Shown: positions 1 to 9,922, numbered from the stretch's first letter. The stretch: 64,000 nucleotides of DNA from Gemmatimonadaceae bacterium (GCA_036378095.1 DASUXC010000084.1:19805-83804); one strand, 5' to 3'. Numbers and translations: made by a program. Notes: generated by a model not told the origin, from the letters alone.

Positions 1-395
1 ACCGGATGCGTGACCTTCCCCTCCTTCCCGAGGTCGTAGCGATCCCAGTAGCCCTGATTCAGGGCGAGCGCCACCCCGTTGTGGCGGAGCACGAGCACCA
101 CCGACATGGCGGTCGGCTCGACGCCGAGGATGTCGCCGTACTGGCGCGTCCAGAGCGCGGCGCGCCACACGCCGTAGCCGCTCTCGATCTCGGGCACGTC
201 GAACACCGTGCGGTACCTGCCCGTGATGCGGTTGGGCCAGGTGACGTCCCAGTCGTCAGGCGCGCGCCGGGGATCCGCGTGGCCGAGGAGCGTGGCGGCG
301 TGGAGCACGCCCGGCGCGTCGAACGCGAGCGGGAAGGCGCCGAGCGCCGCGCCGGCCGCGACGCGCGAGAGGAACTGTCGCCGATCGTGGGTCAT
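1..395 (-). CDS. Partial CDS (N-terminal part, runs off the window): Tat-signal secreted protein of unknown function
   Basis: Not in the ORF track because it leaves the window. My reverse translation from ATG 395..393 gives MTHDRRQFLSRVAAGAALGAFPLAFDAPGVLHAATLLGHADPRRAPDDWDVTW..., a twin-arginine motif (RRQFL) followed by a hydrophobic region. The frame stayed open in the stretches I translated. Confidence 0.45.
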   Translation of the reverse strand, partial: MTHDRRQFLSRVAAGAALGAFPLAFDAPGVLHAATLLGHADPRRAPDDWDVTWPNRITGRYRTVFDVPEIESGYGVWRAALWTRQYGDILGVEPTAMSVVLVLRHNGVALALNQGYWDRYDLGKEGKVTHP

Positions 396-610
396 TGTCC
401 CTCCGGAGCCGATGTGCGGGCGGCGCCCGGCATCGCCCACGTGCGACGCGCCGCCGCCCTGGAGCGACTCCAGTTTGTGGGCGGCGGCGGTGCACGCAAG
501 GGAACGAGCGTTTGGCGTCCGAGCGCGCCGGCTCGTCCGCCCCTCGGACGTCACTCGCGCAATCCTCCAGCATTTCACGAAGCGAACGAGCCATACCACC
601 CGGGCATCGA

Positions 611-1016
611 GATGGCCGGGCGCGTGCGCGCGCTCGTCGGTGACGGAGCGATCGACGTGGCGGTGGAGCAGGTGGGGGGCAGCGCGCGCGGAGCGAGCCT
701 CGCGCTGCTCGCGCCGCTGGGGCGGTTGGTGGTGATGGGCAACGCCAGCGGTGCCGACGACGTGGCGCTCTCCGCCAACACGCTCTGGTTCGCCAGCACG
801 AGCATCATGGGATTCAACCTGCGACTCGTGAGCGCCGTCGCCGCGGAGCGTGTCCGTCGCGCCATGCGGTTCGCGCTCGAGTGCATCGCCGATGGACGTC
901 TGCGCGTGGAGGTGACCGGCGTGCTCCCGCTCGCCGGTGCCGCCGACGCGCACCGGCGCATCGAGGCGAGGGAGACCATGGGGAAGCTCGTGCTGAAGGT
1001 GAGCGACGACTCGTGA
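611..1016 (+). pseudogene. Remnant: C-terminal ~135 aa of an MDR-family quinone oxidoreductase; N-terminal catalytic domain missing
   Basis: Tail of ORF 6..1016. LALLAPLGRLVVMGNASG...AHRRIEARETMGKLVLKV aligns by eye with the C-terminal third of the intact paralog at 32730..33737 (LELLAPRGRLVLIGTLAG...AHRRLESNATIGKVVLSV). The upstream part of the ORF is Arg/Gly/Ala-rich and overlaps the minus-strand Tat CDS. Confidence 0.45.
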
Positions 1017-1205
1017 TGCGCCGCGCTCACCACCGTCCAGCGCGGTTCACCGCACCGTAGCGCCGCTCGCCACGAAGTGGTGGCGCGCCGCTCGGGCGGA
1101 GGGCAGCATGCGGTCGAGATCTCCACGCGCGCGTCCCGGGGGCCGAGGTCGATCCCGCCCCAGGGACGCCGCGTGGGCACGCAGCTCCCCTCGACCCGGA
1201 ACCCG

Positions 1206-2792
1206 ATGCTCCGAACGCTGTCATCGTGGCGCGTGATCGCGCTGCCGCTCATCCTGTGTGGCGCGGGCGTCGCCACCCCCCATCCCACGGCGCGGCGAGC
1301 ACCAGCGCACGACCACCAGGCGGCGGTGGCGGTCGTGCGGCACGGCCTCGACGCGATCGGCGGCGAGAACGCCTGGCACCGCGTGCGCACGCTCGAGCTC
1401 TGGAGCCGCGGCGTGCAATTCCACGTCGGCGACTCGGAGTGGCCGGAGGGACCCTACGCCCTCGACTATCTCACCGTCCACGAATGGCGCGATCTGGCGG
1501 GCCTTCGGAGGTCGGAGCGGACCGCCTCCAGCACCATGGACACCGCCGCGGCCACCTCCCGGCGAGTCACGACGCTCCAGGGCTCCACGCAGTACGTGAC
1601 GAGCGGCGACACCGAGGTGGCCGTGGCGTCGCTCTCCCCCGACACGCTGGCGCTGCTGCTCGCCCCGGAGCACGTGCTGCTGGCGGCGCTGGAGGCGCCG
1701 GACCTGCGGGTCGAGCGCGACACGGTGATGCGGTTCGTCCCGCATCACGTGGTGAGCTTCCGGGTGGCGGGCCATCCAGCCCGCATCTTCTTCGAGGCGG
1801 AAACGGGATTCCCTCGCATGGTAGAGGTGCGGCGCGCGTTTCCGACGAGCGTCTTCTGGAACGCGTGGGGAGACGTGGTGGAGCGCGTGCGGTACACGAA
1901 CTGGACGCGAGAGGCTGGGGGGATCCTCTATCCTCGACAGATCGACACCGAGCGCAACGGCGTGCCACTGTCGAGCGTCAGCATCGGCGCGGTCGGCGTG
2001 AACGCGCAGGTGCCCGCGGGAAGGCTCGACGTGGTCGCGCGCACCACCGGCGGACCGCCGTGCGGGTTCTCGTGCCAGATCGCGGACTCGCTCCCGCTCG
2101 GCGTGGGTGGCGCGGGAGGAACGAGCGCGACCGCCGCGGATCGCGGGGGGCACGAGATCGCGCCGGGAGTGGTGCAGATCGTCGGTGGCTGGAACGTCAC
2201 CCTCGTGCGGCAGCCGGACGGCGTGGTCGTGATCGAAGCCCCGATCTCGGCCGGATACTCGCGACGCGTGATCGAGGAAGCGGCGCGGCGCTTTCCCGGC
2301 CTGCCGGTGAAGGCGGTGGTGAGCACCACGGACTTCTGGTGGCACGTGGCCGGGCTGCGCGAGTACGTCGCGCGCGGCATCCCCGTGTACGTGCTCGGCC
2401 GGAACGTGCGGGTGGTGCGCGACCGTGCGGCGGCGCCCCACACCCTGTTCCCCGACAGCCTCGCGCGCGCGCCGCGCGATCCGATCATCCGGGCGGTGCG
2501 CGGTCGCACCGTGCTCGGCTCGGGCGACAACCGGCTCGAGCTGATCCCGTTTCACACGGAGGGGCTCGACCGGATGATGATGGTGTACCTGCCCGGCCGG
2601 CGCGTGCTCTACACGGCGGAAGGCGTGCAGCTCTTCGGCGGCCGGCTGTGGTACCCGGAGACGGCCGCCGAGGCCATGAGCGCGGTGCGCCGCGAGGGGC
2701 TGGTGCCCGAGTCGTTCATCGGCATGCACGTCCCCCGAACGCCGTGGACCAGCCTGACGACGGTCCTCGACTCCGTCGCGCGGACCAACTGA
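1206..2792 (+). CDS. Secreted metallo-beta-lactamase-fold-like protein (degenerate metal motif)
   Basis: Inner ATG of ORF 1077..2792. Signal-like MLRTLSSWRVIALPLILCGAGVA. The C-terminal half (VVIEAPISAGYSRRVIEEAARRFPGLPVKAVVSTTDFWWHVAG...LIPFHTEGLDRMMMVYLP) resembles an MBL fold, but STTDFWWH replaces HxHxDH. Confidence 0.6.
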   Translation: MLRTLSSWRVIALPLILCGAGVATPHPTARRAPAHDHQAAVAVVRHGLDAIGGENAWHRVRTLELWSRGVQFHVGDSEWPEGPYALDYLTVHEWRDLAGLRRSERTASSTMDTAAATSRRVTTLQGSTQYVTSGDTEVAVASLSPDTLALLLAPEHVLLAALEAPDLRVERDTVMRFVPHHVVSFRVAGHPARIFFEAETGFPRMVEVRRAFPTSVFWNAWGDVVERVRYTNWTREAGGILYPRQIDTERNGVPLSSVSIGAVGVNAQVPAGRLDVVARTTGGPPCGFSCQIADSLPLGVGGAGGTSATAADRGGHEIAPGVVQIVGGWNVTLVRQPDGVVVIEAPISAGYSRRVIEEAARRFPGLPVKAVVSTTDFWWHVAGLREYVARGIPVYVLGRNVRVVRDRAAAPHTLFPDSLARAPRDPIIRAVRGRTVLGSGDNRLELIPFHTEGLDRMMMVYLPGRRVLYTAEGVQLFGGRLWYPETAAEAMSAVRREGLVPESFIGMHVPRTPWTSLTTVLDSVARTN

Positions 2793-2801
2793 CAGCGCGG
2801 A

Positions 2802-2820
2802 CCGGCGGCGGTGCCGCCGG
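2802..2820. terminator. Candidate bidirectional hairpin between convergent genes
   Basis: CCGGCGGC-ggt-GCCGCCGG, an 8-bp GC stem about 10 nt after the stop at 2790..2792. No U-tract. Confidence 0.3.
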
Positions 2821-2847
2821 CCCGCCGCTCGCGGTGCGCGGCGCTGG

Positions 2848-3861
2848 CTATGCCGCGTCGCCCCCGGCGCTCCGCCGCTCGCTGTCCAGCATCGCCATCT
2901 GGTGCGCGTCGTACCGTTCGCCGGCTGCCGCTCCGGGGGGGACGGCCCGCTCGATGCGCTCGATGTCTTCCGGCTCGATGTAGACGTCGAGCGCGGCGAG
3001 CGCCTCGGCGAGTCCGGCGCGGCGGGTGGTGCCGATGAGCGGGACGATGTCGTTGCCGCGCGACAGCACCCAGGCGATGGCGAGCTGCGGGACGGTCAGC
3101 CCGCGCGCGGCGGCGAGCTCGCGCAGCGCCTCCACCAGACGAAGGTTGTGGCGGAGGTTCTCCCCCTGGAAGCGCGGATAGCGGGAGCGCGAGTCTCCGC
3201 GGCCGCCGAGACTCGCGGCGCGGTCGCTCAGCAGCCCGCGCGAGAGCACCCCGTAGGCGGTGAGCCCCACGCCCAGCTCGCGCAGCGTGGGGAGGATCTC
3301 CCGCTCGATCCCCCGGCTGAGGAGGGAATACTCGATCTGCAGGTCGCACACCGGGTGAACGGCGTGCGCGCGACGCACGGTGTCCGCGGAGGCCTCGGAG
3401 AGACCGATGTGGCGCACGTACCCCGCCTGCACCATCTCGGCGATCGCGCCCACGGTGTCCTCGATGGGCACCCGGGAGTCCACGCGGGCGGGGCGGTAGA
3501 TGTCCACGTAGTCGGTTCCGAGCCGCCGCAGCGTGTAGGCGAGCGACGTCTTCACCGCCTCGGGACGCCCGTCGAACCCGAGATACGTGCCGTCCGGGGC
3601 GCGTTGCGCTCCGAACTTGACGCTGAGCAGCACCCGCGCGCGGTCCGCTCCGCGCAGCGCCTCGCGCAGCAGCAGCTCGTTGTGCCCCATGCCGTAGAAG
3701 TCGCCGGTGTCGAGCAGGGTGATCCCCGCATCGAGCGCCGCGCGCACCGTGGCGATACTCTCGGCGTCGTCGCTCGCGCCGTACACACCCGACATCCCCA
3801 TGCAGCCGAGGCCGATCGCGGCCACGGTCGGACCAGCCTTCCCCAGTCGTCGAACCTTCAT
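2848..3861 (-). CDS. Aldo/keto reductase
   Basis: Inner ATG (MKVRRLGKAGPTVAAIGLGCMGMSGVYG...) of ORF 2848..3972. AKR hallmarks LDTGDFYGMGHNELLL, YVDIYRPARVD, HIGLSEAS, IPLIGTTR. Confidence 0.9.
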   Translation of the reverse strand: MKVRRLGKAGPTVAAIGLGCMGMSGVYGASDDAESIATVRAALDAGITLLDTGDFYGMGHNELLLREALRGADRARVLLSVKFGAQRAPDGTYLGFDGRPEAVKTSLAYTLRRLGTDYVDIYRPARVDSRVPIEDTVGAIAEMVQAGYVRHIGLSEASADTVRRAHAVHPVCDLQIEYSLLSRGIEREILPTLRELGVGLTAYGVLSRGLLSDRAASLGGRGDSRSRYPRFQGENLRHNLRLVEALRELAAARGLTVPQLAIAWVLSRGNDIVPLIGTTRRAGLAEALAALDVYIEPEDIERIERAVPPGAAAGERYDAHQMAMLDSERRSAGGDAA

Positions 3862-3931
3862 TCCGTTCGCTCTCCGTACTCTTGCCGTGGTTCCCATCGC
3901 GGACGAGCGCCGAGCGATCGCCCCGGGCCGC

Positions 3932-6109
3932 TCACTTCCGCAGCACCTCCAGCCGCATCTCCGTCCACCCATCCACCTGCACGTACTCCACGCGCAGCGC
4001 GTGGCGGCCGGCGGGGAGCGGGGCGGACGACACGCGCGACTCGTGAGGTGTCCAGTCGTCGATCACGAGCGAGTCGTCCACCCACACCCGCACGGCATCG
4101 TCGCTGATGGCGCGGAGGGTGTACTCCCCGGCCGGAAGCTCCACACTTCCCCGGGCGACGAACGCGGCGCGCTCGGCGGGGATGCCGCCGATGGTGGGAC
4201 GGTACCACTCGTAGTCGAGGCGCGTCGTCCGCTGCTCGAGCACGGGAGTCGCGTGGGCGAGCAGCGAGTCGAACGCCGCGGGGTGCGCGCGCGGGTCGGT
4301 GTCGTCGGTCCATGCGTGCCAGCGTACCGTCCACGCGACCGGCGGCTCCCACCGGCCGTACGAGAACCGGTACGGCGCGCCGGCGGGGTGCCGCTCGCCG
4401 CGCGGCGACACCGTGGCGGCGCCGCGATACTCGAGCGTCAGCAGCCAGTTCCCCACCGAATCGGGGTGCGGCGTCACGGTGATCGTGTCGGGCTCGCCGA
4501 TGCCGCCGATCTTCCCGGAGGTCGCCGACAGATCGGCGATCCCGCGCCGGCCGACCACGCGCCAACGCCCGCTCGGCCCGAGCACGCGCAGGCGCAGGGG
4601 GACGGATCGCGTGCTGTCGATCGGCCAGAGCTTGGGGGATCGGTAGTCGTACGGGCCCCACTCGTCGACGACGATCGCCCCGCGCGGCAGGCGGGCGACC
4701 GGGTCGCCGTCGCGCGGGAGTCCACCGGGCATGGGCGCCGGCGCGAGACGGGCGATCTCGGGCGGAAGCACGGGCGCGGCGCCCGTGCCGGGCGTCACCG
4801 TGTTCCCCGTGAGGGCCACGGCCGTGGTGTCGGCGAGCACGAAGGTGGACTCCACGCCGGCGAACGCGTTCGCGGACACGTGGAGGGAGCTGGTGTTCCG
4901 CGCATGCACGGCGACGTGGTTCCCGAGGAACGCGTTGCCGTGAATCCGGTAGTCCCGGCTGCGGGTGTCGTGATGCTCCGGGTAGCCCCAGTCCGACGCG
5001 GTGATCGAGTCGGCCCAGAGGTCGATCGCGACGGAGTCGCCGTCGAACACGTTGAGCCCGATCTCGTTCGACTGGCCGTGCTCGATCGCGATGCCCACGC
5101 GGTCGTCCGCGAAGCGGTTGCCGAGCACGCGCGAGTCGTGGCTGTACCCGCCCCACAACCCATGGTCGGCGCCTTCGGCGCGGTTGCCGACGAAGGTGTT
5201 GCGGCTGAACGTCGCCTCGATCGCGTTCGTCGGCGCGAAGCTGAAGTCGTTCCCGTACACCAGATTGTCGTTCGCCCCGCCCTCCCCGGTGTCCATCGTC
5301 TGTTGCCCCGCCCACAGGAAGAAGCCATCTCCGCCGTGCGTCACCGAGTTGTACGCGATCACGTTGCGGCAGCTCTGCTCGTACAGGAGGATCCCCGCCG
5401 AGTCCTGGCCGCGCCGGTAGAAGCCGTGGCTGTACCCGCGCACGTCGTAGTCCACGTGGTTGTGCATGATCGTGTTGTCGCTCGACCGGTAGAGCCCGAT
5501 GCCGAGCCCGGAGTCGAACGAGAACACGTTGTTCCAGACGCGAAGCGAGTCGGAGCGCGCCATCATGAGGCCGTTCATCCCCCGTTCGGCGCGATTGCCG
5601 CGGATCTCGCCGCCGTGCACGTCGTCGAGGTAGATCGCCGCGCCGTAGCGCAGCCACTCGTCCCGCTCGTCGTGGTGGAACGACAGCCAGTCGACGAGGC
5701 TCTCGTGCTCGACCTGGCTGAAGAGCCGCGGCTTCCAGTTGTCGCTCAGGTCGTTGTCCCACAGCCGGAGCGAGCGGGTGCCGCGCGCGAGGATGGCGGC
5801 CTTGTAGCCGCGCACGCGGGCGCCGCGGATGGTGATGCGACGTCCGCCGTCCACGCGGATGGCCACGCCGGCCGCGCGATCGGGGTCGGCGCCCTCATCG
5901 AGCCCGACGAGCGAGACGCCGCGCATGTCGACCGTCACGTCATCGCCGCGCACGACGATCACGGCGGAGTCGAGGGAAGCCGGCGCGGACAGCCGGTAGG
6001 TGCCGGGCTTCACGCGCACGGAGTGGTCGATGACCAGACCGGGGTGAGGGGCGACGACTGGGAGCTGGATCGCGAGGAGAGAGGCGGCGAGGATGGCGGG
6101 TGGAAGCAT
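3932..6109 (-). CDS. Secreted right-handed parallel beta-helix repeat protein with C-terminal PA14-like domain
   Basis: 725-aa ORF with a signal peptide (MLPPAILAASLLAIQLPVVA). Repeated N/D-rich beta-helix rungs (NNVFSFDSGLGIGLYRSSDNTIMHNHV, NSVTHGGDGFFLW, GNRFADDRVGIAIEHGQSNEIGLNVF). C-terminus YTLRAISDDAVRVWVDDSLVIDDW...RVEYVQVDGWTEMRL is typical of PA14. Confidence 0.85.
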   Translation of the reverse strand: MLPPAILAASLLAIQLPVVAPHPGLVIDHSVRVKPGTYRLSAPASLDSAVIVVRGDDVTVDMRGVSLVGLDEGADPDRAAGVAIRVDGGRRITIRGARVRGYKAAILARGTRSLRLWDNDLSDNWKPRLFSQVEHESLVDWLSFHHDERDEWLRYGAAIYLDDVHGGEIRGNRAERGMNGLMMARSDSLRVWNNVFSFDSGLGIGLYRSSDNTIMHNHVDYDVRGYSHGFYRRGQDSAGILLYEQSCRNVIAYNSVTHGGDGFFLWAGQQTMDTGEGGANDNLVYGNDFSFAPTNAIEATFSRNTFVGNRAEGADHGLWGGYSHDSRVLGNRFADDRVGIAIEHGQSNEIGLNVFDGDSVAIDLWADSITASDWGYPEHHDTRSRDYRIHGNAFLGNHVAVHARNTSSLHVSANAFAGVESTFVLADTTAVALTGNTVTPGTGAAPVLPPEIARLAPAPMPGGLPRDGDPVARLPRGAIVVDEWGPYDYRSPKLWPIDSTRSVPLRLRVLGPSGRWRVVGRRGIADLSATSGKIGGIGEPDTITVTPHPDSVGNWLLTLEYRGAATVSPRGERHPAGAPYRFSYGRWEPPVAWTVRWHAWTDDTDPRAHPAAFDSLLAHATPVLEQRTTRLDYEWYRPTIGGIPAERAAFVARGSVELPAGEYTLRAISDDAVRVWVDDSLVIDDWTPHESRVSSAPLPAGRHALRVEYVQVDGWTEMRLEVLRK

Positions 6110-6140
6110 GTCGTGCGAGGGGCGTGTCCGGGCGAGTGTA

Positions 6141-6270
6141 TGGTGCGGGGGAGGGATGGGGCGCGGGGGGCGGGGCGCGGGACGCGGATTCGGCGAATCG
6201 CGGGCCCGAGGCCCTGACCCCCGACCCCTCGTCCGGCCACTGGCCCCCGGCCCACAACCCCCCGACCCCT
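6141..6270. repeat. Composite intergenic element E1: G-run array, central palindrome, C-run array
   Basis: Top strand has six G3-6 runs at 6147..6181, then the palindrome GATTCG-g-CGAATC (6187..6199), then C3-6 runs (gacccccgacccctcgtccggccactggcccccggcccacaaccccccgacccct) up to the stop of the MFS gene. Confidence 0.6.
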
Positions 6271-6272
6271 AG

Positions 6273-7919
6273 CTAGTGCGCATCGACGGGCGCCCGAGCT
6301 CCCCGGTGCCTGCGCAGGAGGAGGATCGCCGGGGAGACGATCAGGAACGTGAGGAGGAGGAGGATCCAAGCGTCGTTGTAGCTCAGCATGGCCGCCTGCC
6401 GCATCACGAGCTGGTCGAGAATCTTGAGCGCGCCCTGATGGGCGGCCTCCGGGGAGTAGCCGCGCTGCATCAGGCCGGCGGCGAACGCCTGCGCGCGCTG
6501 GGCCACGAGCGGATTGCCGGCGTACACGTTGGACACCAGGTCCACCCGGTGCAGCTGCGTGTGCGTGGTCACGTACGAGGCGAGCCAGGCGATGCCGAAC
6601 GAGCCGCCGAGCTGGCGCGCGAGGTTGATCAGGCCGGACGCCTGCTGCGCCTCGCTCGGCTGCAGGCTCGCGTACGCCACCTGGTTGATCGGCGTGAAGA
6701 GCATGCCGAGTCCGGCGCCGCGGAAGATGAGGGCGATGCGCACGTCCTCCTCCCCGGCGGCCACCGTGAGATGCCCGAGCTTCCACATGGCCCAGACCAC
6801 CAGGAGCACGCCGATGGCGATCAGCGCGCGCGGATCGGCCAACGGCTTGGCGCCGTTGAGCAGCGCGCCGCAGATGACCGCGGTGACGGCGGTGGCGATC
6901 CCGCCGGGGAGAAGCGCGAGCCCCGTCTCGGTCGGGGTGAAGCGCAGGATTCCCTGCGTGAACAGCGGGAAGATGAACGTCCCCCCGTACAGCGCGAAGC
7001 CGAGCGCCACGAAGAGGAAGATCGACGCGGAGAGCTCGCGATTCTTGAGTACGCGGAAGTTCACCACCGGATGCCGGTTGCGGGGCGAGATCTCCCACCA
7101 GAGCATGGTCAGCAGCGCCACGCCGGCGATCACGGCGAGCCTCACGATCCACTCGTTGGAGAACCAGTCCTTCGAGTTCCCCTCCTCGAGCACGTACTGG
7201 AGGGAGCCGAGGCCCACGGTGAGGAGCCCGATCCCGAGCCAGTCGATCTGCCCGGAGTGGCGCCGCTGCCCCGGCGGGTCCTTCAGGAAAGTGGTCACCA
7301 GGAACGCCGACACGATGCCGATCGGCACGTTGATGAAGAAGCACCAGTGCCACTGGTAGTTGTCGGTGATCCACCCGCCGAGCGTGGGGCCGAGCGTCGG
7401 GGCCACGATGATCCCGAGGAGGAAGATCGCCTGCACGATCCCTTGCTGCTCCAGCGGGAAGATCTGTCGGATGGTGGCCTGCGCGGTGGAGAGGAGCGCG
7501 GCGCCTCCCGCGCCCTGGACGATGCGCCAGAACACGAGCTCCACCAGGCTGTTCGACGTCCCGCAGAAGAACGAGGCGGCGATGAACAGGATGATGGAGA
7601 AGGTGAGGTAGCGCTGCCGCCCGAAGCGCTCGGTGAAGAACGCCGTCATCGGGAGGAAGATGACGTTGGACAGGATGTACCCGGTGGCCACCCAGCCGAT
7701 CTCCTCCTGGGTGGCGCCCAGGTTCCCCGCCATCTGCGGGAGGGCGACGTTGATGATGGTGGTGTCGAGCACCTCCATGATCGCCGCGGTGATGAGGCCG
7801 ACGAGGATCACCCAGCGGTAGCGGGCGACGAAGGCCGCGGCGGCTTCGGCCGCGTCGTGCGTACCTCCACGGGCGCCCGGGCCGCCGGACGCGCGGGAGT
7901 CGATAGCGTGTGTGGTCAA
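6273..7919 (-). CDS. emrB: MFS transporter, DHA2 (EmrB/QacA) drug-efflux family
   Basis: 548-aa ORF, polytopic. N-terminal block VLDTTIINVALPQMAGNLGATQEEIGWVATGYILSNVIFLPMTAFFTERFGRQ is the characteristic DHA2 motif. Confidence 0.88.
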   Translation of the reverse strand: MTTHAIDSRASGGPGARGGTHDAAEAAAAFVARYRWVILVGLITAAIMEVLDTTIINVALPQMAGNLGATQEEIGWVATGYILSNVIFLPMTAFFTERFGRQRYLTFSIILFIAASFFCGTSNSLVELVFWRIVQGAGGAALLSTAQATIRQIFPLEQQGIVQAIFLLGIIVAPTLGPTLGGWITDNYQWHWCFFINVPIGIVSAFLVTTFLKDPPGQRRHSGQIDWLGIGLLTVGLGSLQYVLEEGNSKDWFSNEWIVRLAVIAGVALLTMLWWEISPRNRHPVVNFRVLKNRELSASIFLFVALGFALYGGTFIFPLFTQGILRFTPTETGLALLPGGIATAVTAVICGALLNGAKPLADPRALIAIGVLLVVWAMWKLGHLTVAAGEEDVRIALIFRGAGLGMLFTPINQVAYASLQPSEAQQASGLINLARQLGGSFGIAWLASYVTTHTQLHRVDLVSNVYAGNPLVAQRAQAFAAGLMQRGYSPEAAHQGALKILDQLVMRQAAMLSYNDAWILLLLTFLIVSPAILLLRRHRGARAPVDAH

Positions 7920-7939
7920 CGACGGTTGGTGAGCGGGAG

Positions 7940-8617
7940 TTAACGCGATGCCGCCTCATCGCGGACGAGCGACACGACCATCCGGGCGGCGGTCTCGAGC
8001 GGGATGGTCGCGGTGTTGATCTGCATGTCGTACAAGTTCGGGTCGTTCGTGTCCTGCCGGTAGTAACGCTCGAGATAGTGTTTTCGGTCCCAATCCCGGC
8101 GGCGGACGTCGTCGGCGGCCTGCCTCGCCGAGACCCCCGTCCGGCTGGCCACCCGATGCACCCGCACGTGAAACGGGGCGGTGACCCGCACCCGGAGGAG
8201 GTCGCGGCGGTCGCGAAGCAGGCACGTGGCGCCATGGCCGATGATGACGAGTGGCGGGGTGCGCGCGGCCTCGAGCACCACCGCGCGCGTGGCATGCACC
8301 ATCGCGTCGGGGTCGGGGGTGCCCGGGGCGTCCGGGAGCACGGGCGCATCGGAGGGCACGACGGTGAACGCGGCGGCGATGCGCTCGAGCAGCGTGGGCG
8401 CGTGCTCGTCCACCAGCTCCACGTCCTCGCACCGGCAGCGCAGCCGCGCCGCGATGCGGCGGGCGAGCTCGCGGTCGAGCACGGGCCATCCCAACTGCTC
8501 GCCGAGCAGCACTCCCAGCTCGCTCCCCCCCGCGCCGTATTCGCGGGAGAGCGCGATCACGCGCACGGGCTCGCGACGCGTGACGTCCGGGGTCGCCTGC
8601 GCGGCCGGTGCGGTCAT
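7940..8617 (-). CDS. Cytidylate kinase-like family protein
   Basis: Inner ATG (MTAPAAQ...) of ORF 7940..8839. IALSREYGAGGSELGVLLGEQLGWPVLDRELARRIA and the C-terminal DRKHYLERYYRQDTNDPNLYDMQINT match the cytidylate-kinase-like (PF13189-type) pattern. Confidence 0.75.
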   Translation of the reverse strand: MTAPAAQATPDVTRREPVRVIALSREYGAGGSELGVLLGEQLGWPVLDRELARRIAARLRCRCEDVELVDEHAPTLLERIAAAFTVVPSDAPVLPDAPGTPDPDAMVHATRAVVLEAARTPPLVIIGHGATCLLRDRRDLLRVRVTAPFHVRVHRVASRTGVSARQAADDVRRRDWDRKHYLERYYRQDTNDPNLYDMQINTATIPLETAARMVVSLVRDEAASR

Positions 8618-8813
8618 CTCGCCTGTCTCGTCGTGCTCTGGCCCGGGACCGTCCCTTCCAGCATCACTGTCCCCTCGGTGGCCCGCCGAATCTAGCTCGC
8701 CCCGACGGCCCTGTCCACGCGCGGGGGCGAGCGGAACCGCTGCTCGATCATCGATGGTCAGATTCCATGCCATGACGCGGGGCTCGCGACCGCGATCGTC
8801 CGGTGGCCGCGCC

Positions 8814-8878
8814 GGGAACGGTCCACGGGAACGGTCCACGGGAACGGTTCACGGGAACGGTCCACGGGAACGGTTCAT
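8814..8878. repeat. Tandem repeat, 5 x 13 bp (GGGAACGGTCCAC; variants GGTTCAC and GGTTCAT)
   Basis: Read directly: gggaacggtccac gggaacggtccac gggaacggttcac gggaacggtccac gggaacggttcat, inside the 415-bp divergent intergenic region 8618..9031. Confidence 0.9.
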
Positions 8879-9031
8879 CCGCGCCAGGTGTTGTGGGAGC
8901 AGCGCGCGCGGCTCGGCGACGCGCGCTATTCGGGGCTCCCGGGTGACATTCGCGGCACGCGGCCATCCGCCGGGCATGGTCGCTGCGTTCCGATCGATCT
9001 TCGATTGAATGACATGAAGGAGCAGGATACG

Positions 9032-9922
9032 ATGGCCAGCAGACCGACGACGACAGCCACGCCCGCGGCACAGGCGGGCTCGATCACCATTGGCGGGGAC
9101 CTCGTGGTCGAGCGCATGGGCTACGGCGCCATGCGGCTCACGGGGAAGGGGATCATCGGCGAGCCCGCCGACCGCGCCGAGGCGAAGCGCGTGCTTCGCC
9201 GCGCCGTGGAGCTCGGAGTGAACTTCATCGACACGGCGGACTCGTACGGGCCGCACGTCTCGGAGGAGCTGATCGCCGAGGCGCTTCACCCGTATCCGGA
9301 GGGGCTCGTGATCGCCACCAAGGGCGGCCTCGAGCGGCCGGGGCCGGACCAGTGGCTGCCGAACGGCCGGCCGGAGCACCTGCGCGCCGCGCTCGATGGG
9401 AGCCTCCGCCGGTTGAAGCTCGACCGCATCGATCTCTGGCAGCTCCACCGCATCGATCCCGAGGTTCCGGCCGACGAGCAGTTCGACGTGCTCGCGGAGT
9501 TCGTTCGGGAGGGGAAGGTGCGGCACGTCGGCCTCTCCGAGGTGAGCGTGGAGCAGATCCGGCGCGCGCGCGAGGTGGTGCCGATCGCCTCGGTGCAGAA
9601 CCGCTACAACGTGTTCGACCGGCAGTGGGACGACGTCGTGGACGAGTGCGAGCGCGAGGGGATGGCGTTCATCCCGTGGTATCCGCTCGCCGCGGGGGTG
9701 CTCGGACAGTCGGAGCGCGAGGCGAGCGAGCGGCTGGCCAGAGTGGCGCGGCGCCACGGCGCGACGCCCCTCCAGGTGGCGCTCGCCTGGCTCCTTGCGC
9801 GGTCGCCGGCGATGCTCGTCATTCCCGGCACCTCCAAGGTGAAGCACCTGGAGGAAAACGTGGCGGCGGCGGGGGTGGAGCTGAGCGCGGACGACTTGCG
9901 GGAGCTCGGGAATCGGGAATAG
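9032..9922 (+). CDS. Aldo/keto reductase
   Basis: ATG 9032 is preceded by AAGGAG with a 9-nt spacer (alternative ATG at 9014). [47 protein letters not shown]. The last 7 codons and the stop lie in repeat element E2. Confidence 0.9.
   Translation: MASRPTTTATPAAQAGSITIGGDLVVERMGYGAMRLTGKGIIGEPADRAEAKRVLRRAVELGVNFIDTADSYGPHVSEELIAEALHPYPEGLVIATKGGLERPGPDQWLPNGRPEHLRAALDGSLRRLKLDRIDLWQLHRIDPEVPADEQFDVLAEFVREGKVRHVGLSEVSVEQIRRAREVVPIASVQNRYNVFDRQWDDVVDECEREGMAFIPWYPLAAGVLGQSEREASERLARVARRHGATPLQVALAWLLARSPAMLVIPGTSKVKHLEENVAAAGVELSADDLRELGNRE

Noticed and set aside
6-1016. Full 336-aa ORF as an intact oxidoreductase
   Set aside because: Only the last ~135 aa look like an MDR oxidoreductase. The first 200 aa are Arg/Gly/Ala-rich, lack the GroES-like domain, and overlap a better minus-strand CDS.
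3707-6217. 836-aa + strand ORF
   Set aside because: It is antisense to the beta-helix/PA14 gene. Its composition is dominated by R, A, G, P, V and H with no recognisable motif, which is typical of an off-strand ORF in GC-rich DNA.
6010-8349. 779-aa - strand ORF
   Set aside because: It is an off-frame overlap of the MFS transporter and cytidylate-kinase-like genes. It is Arg/Pro/Gly-rich and lacks the TM pattern seen in the real frame.
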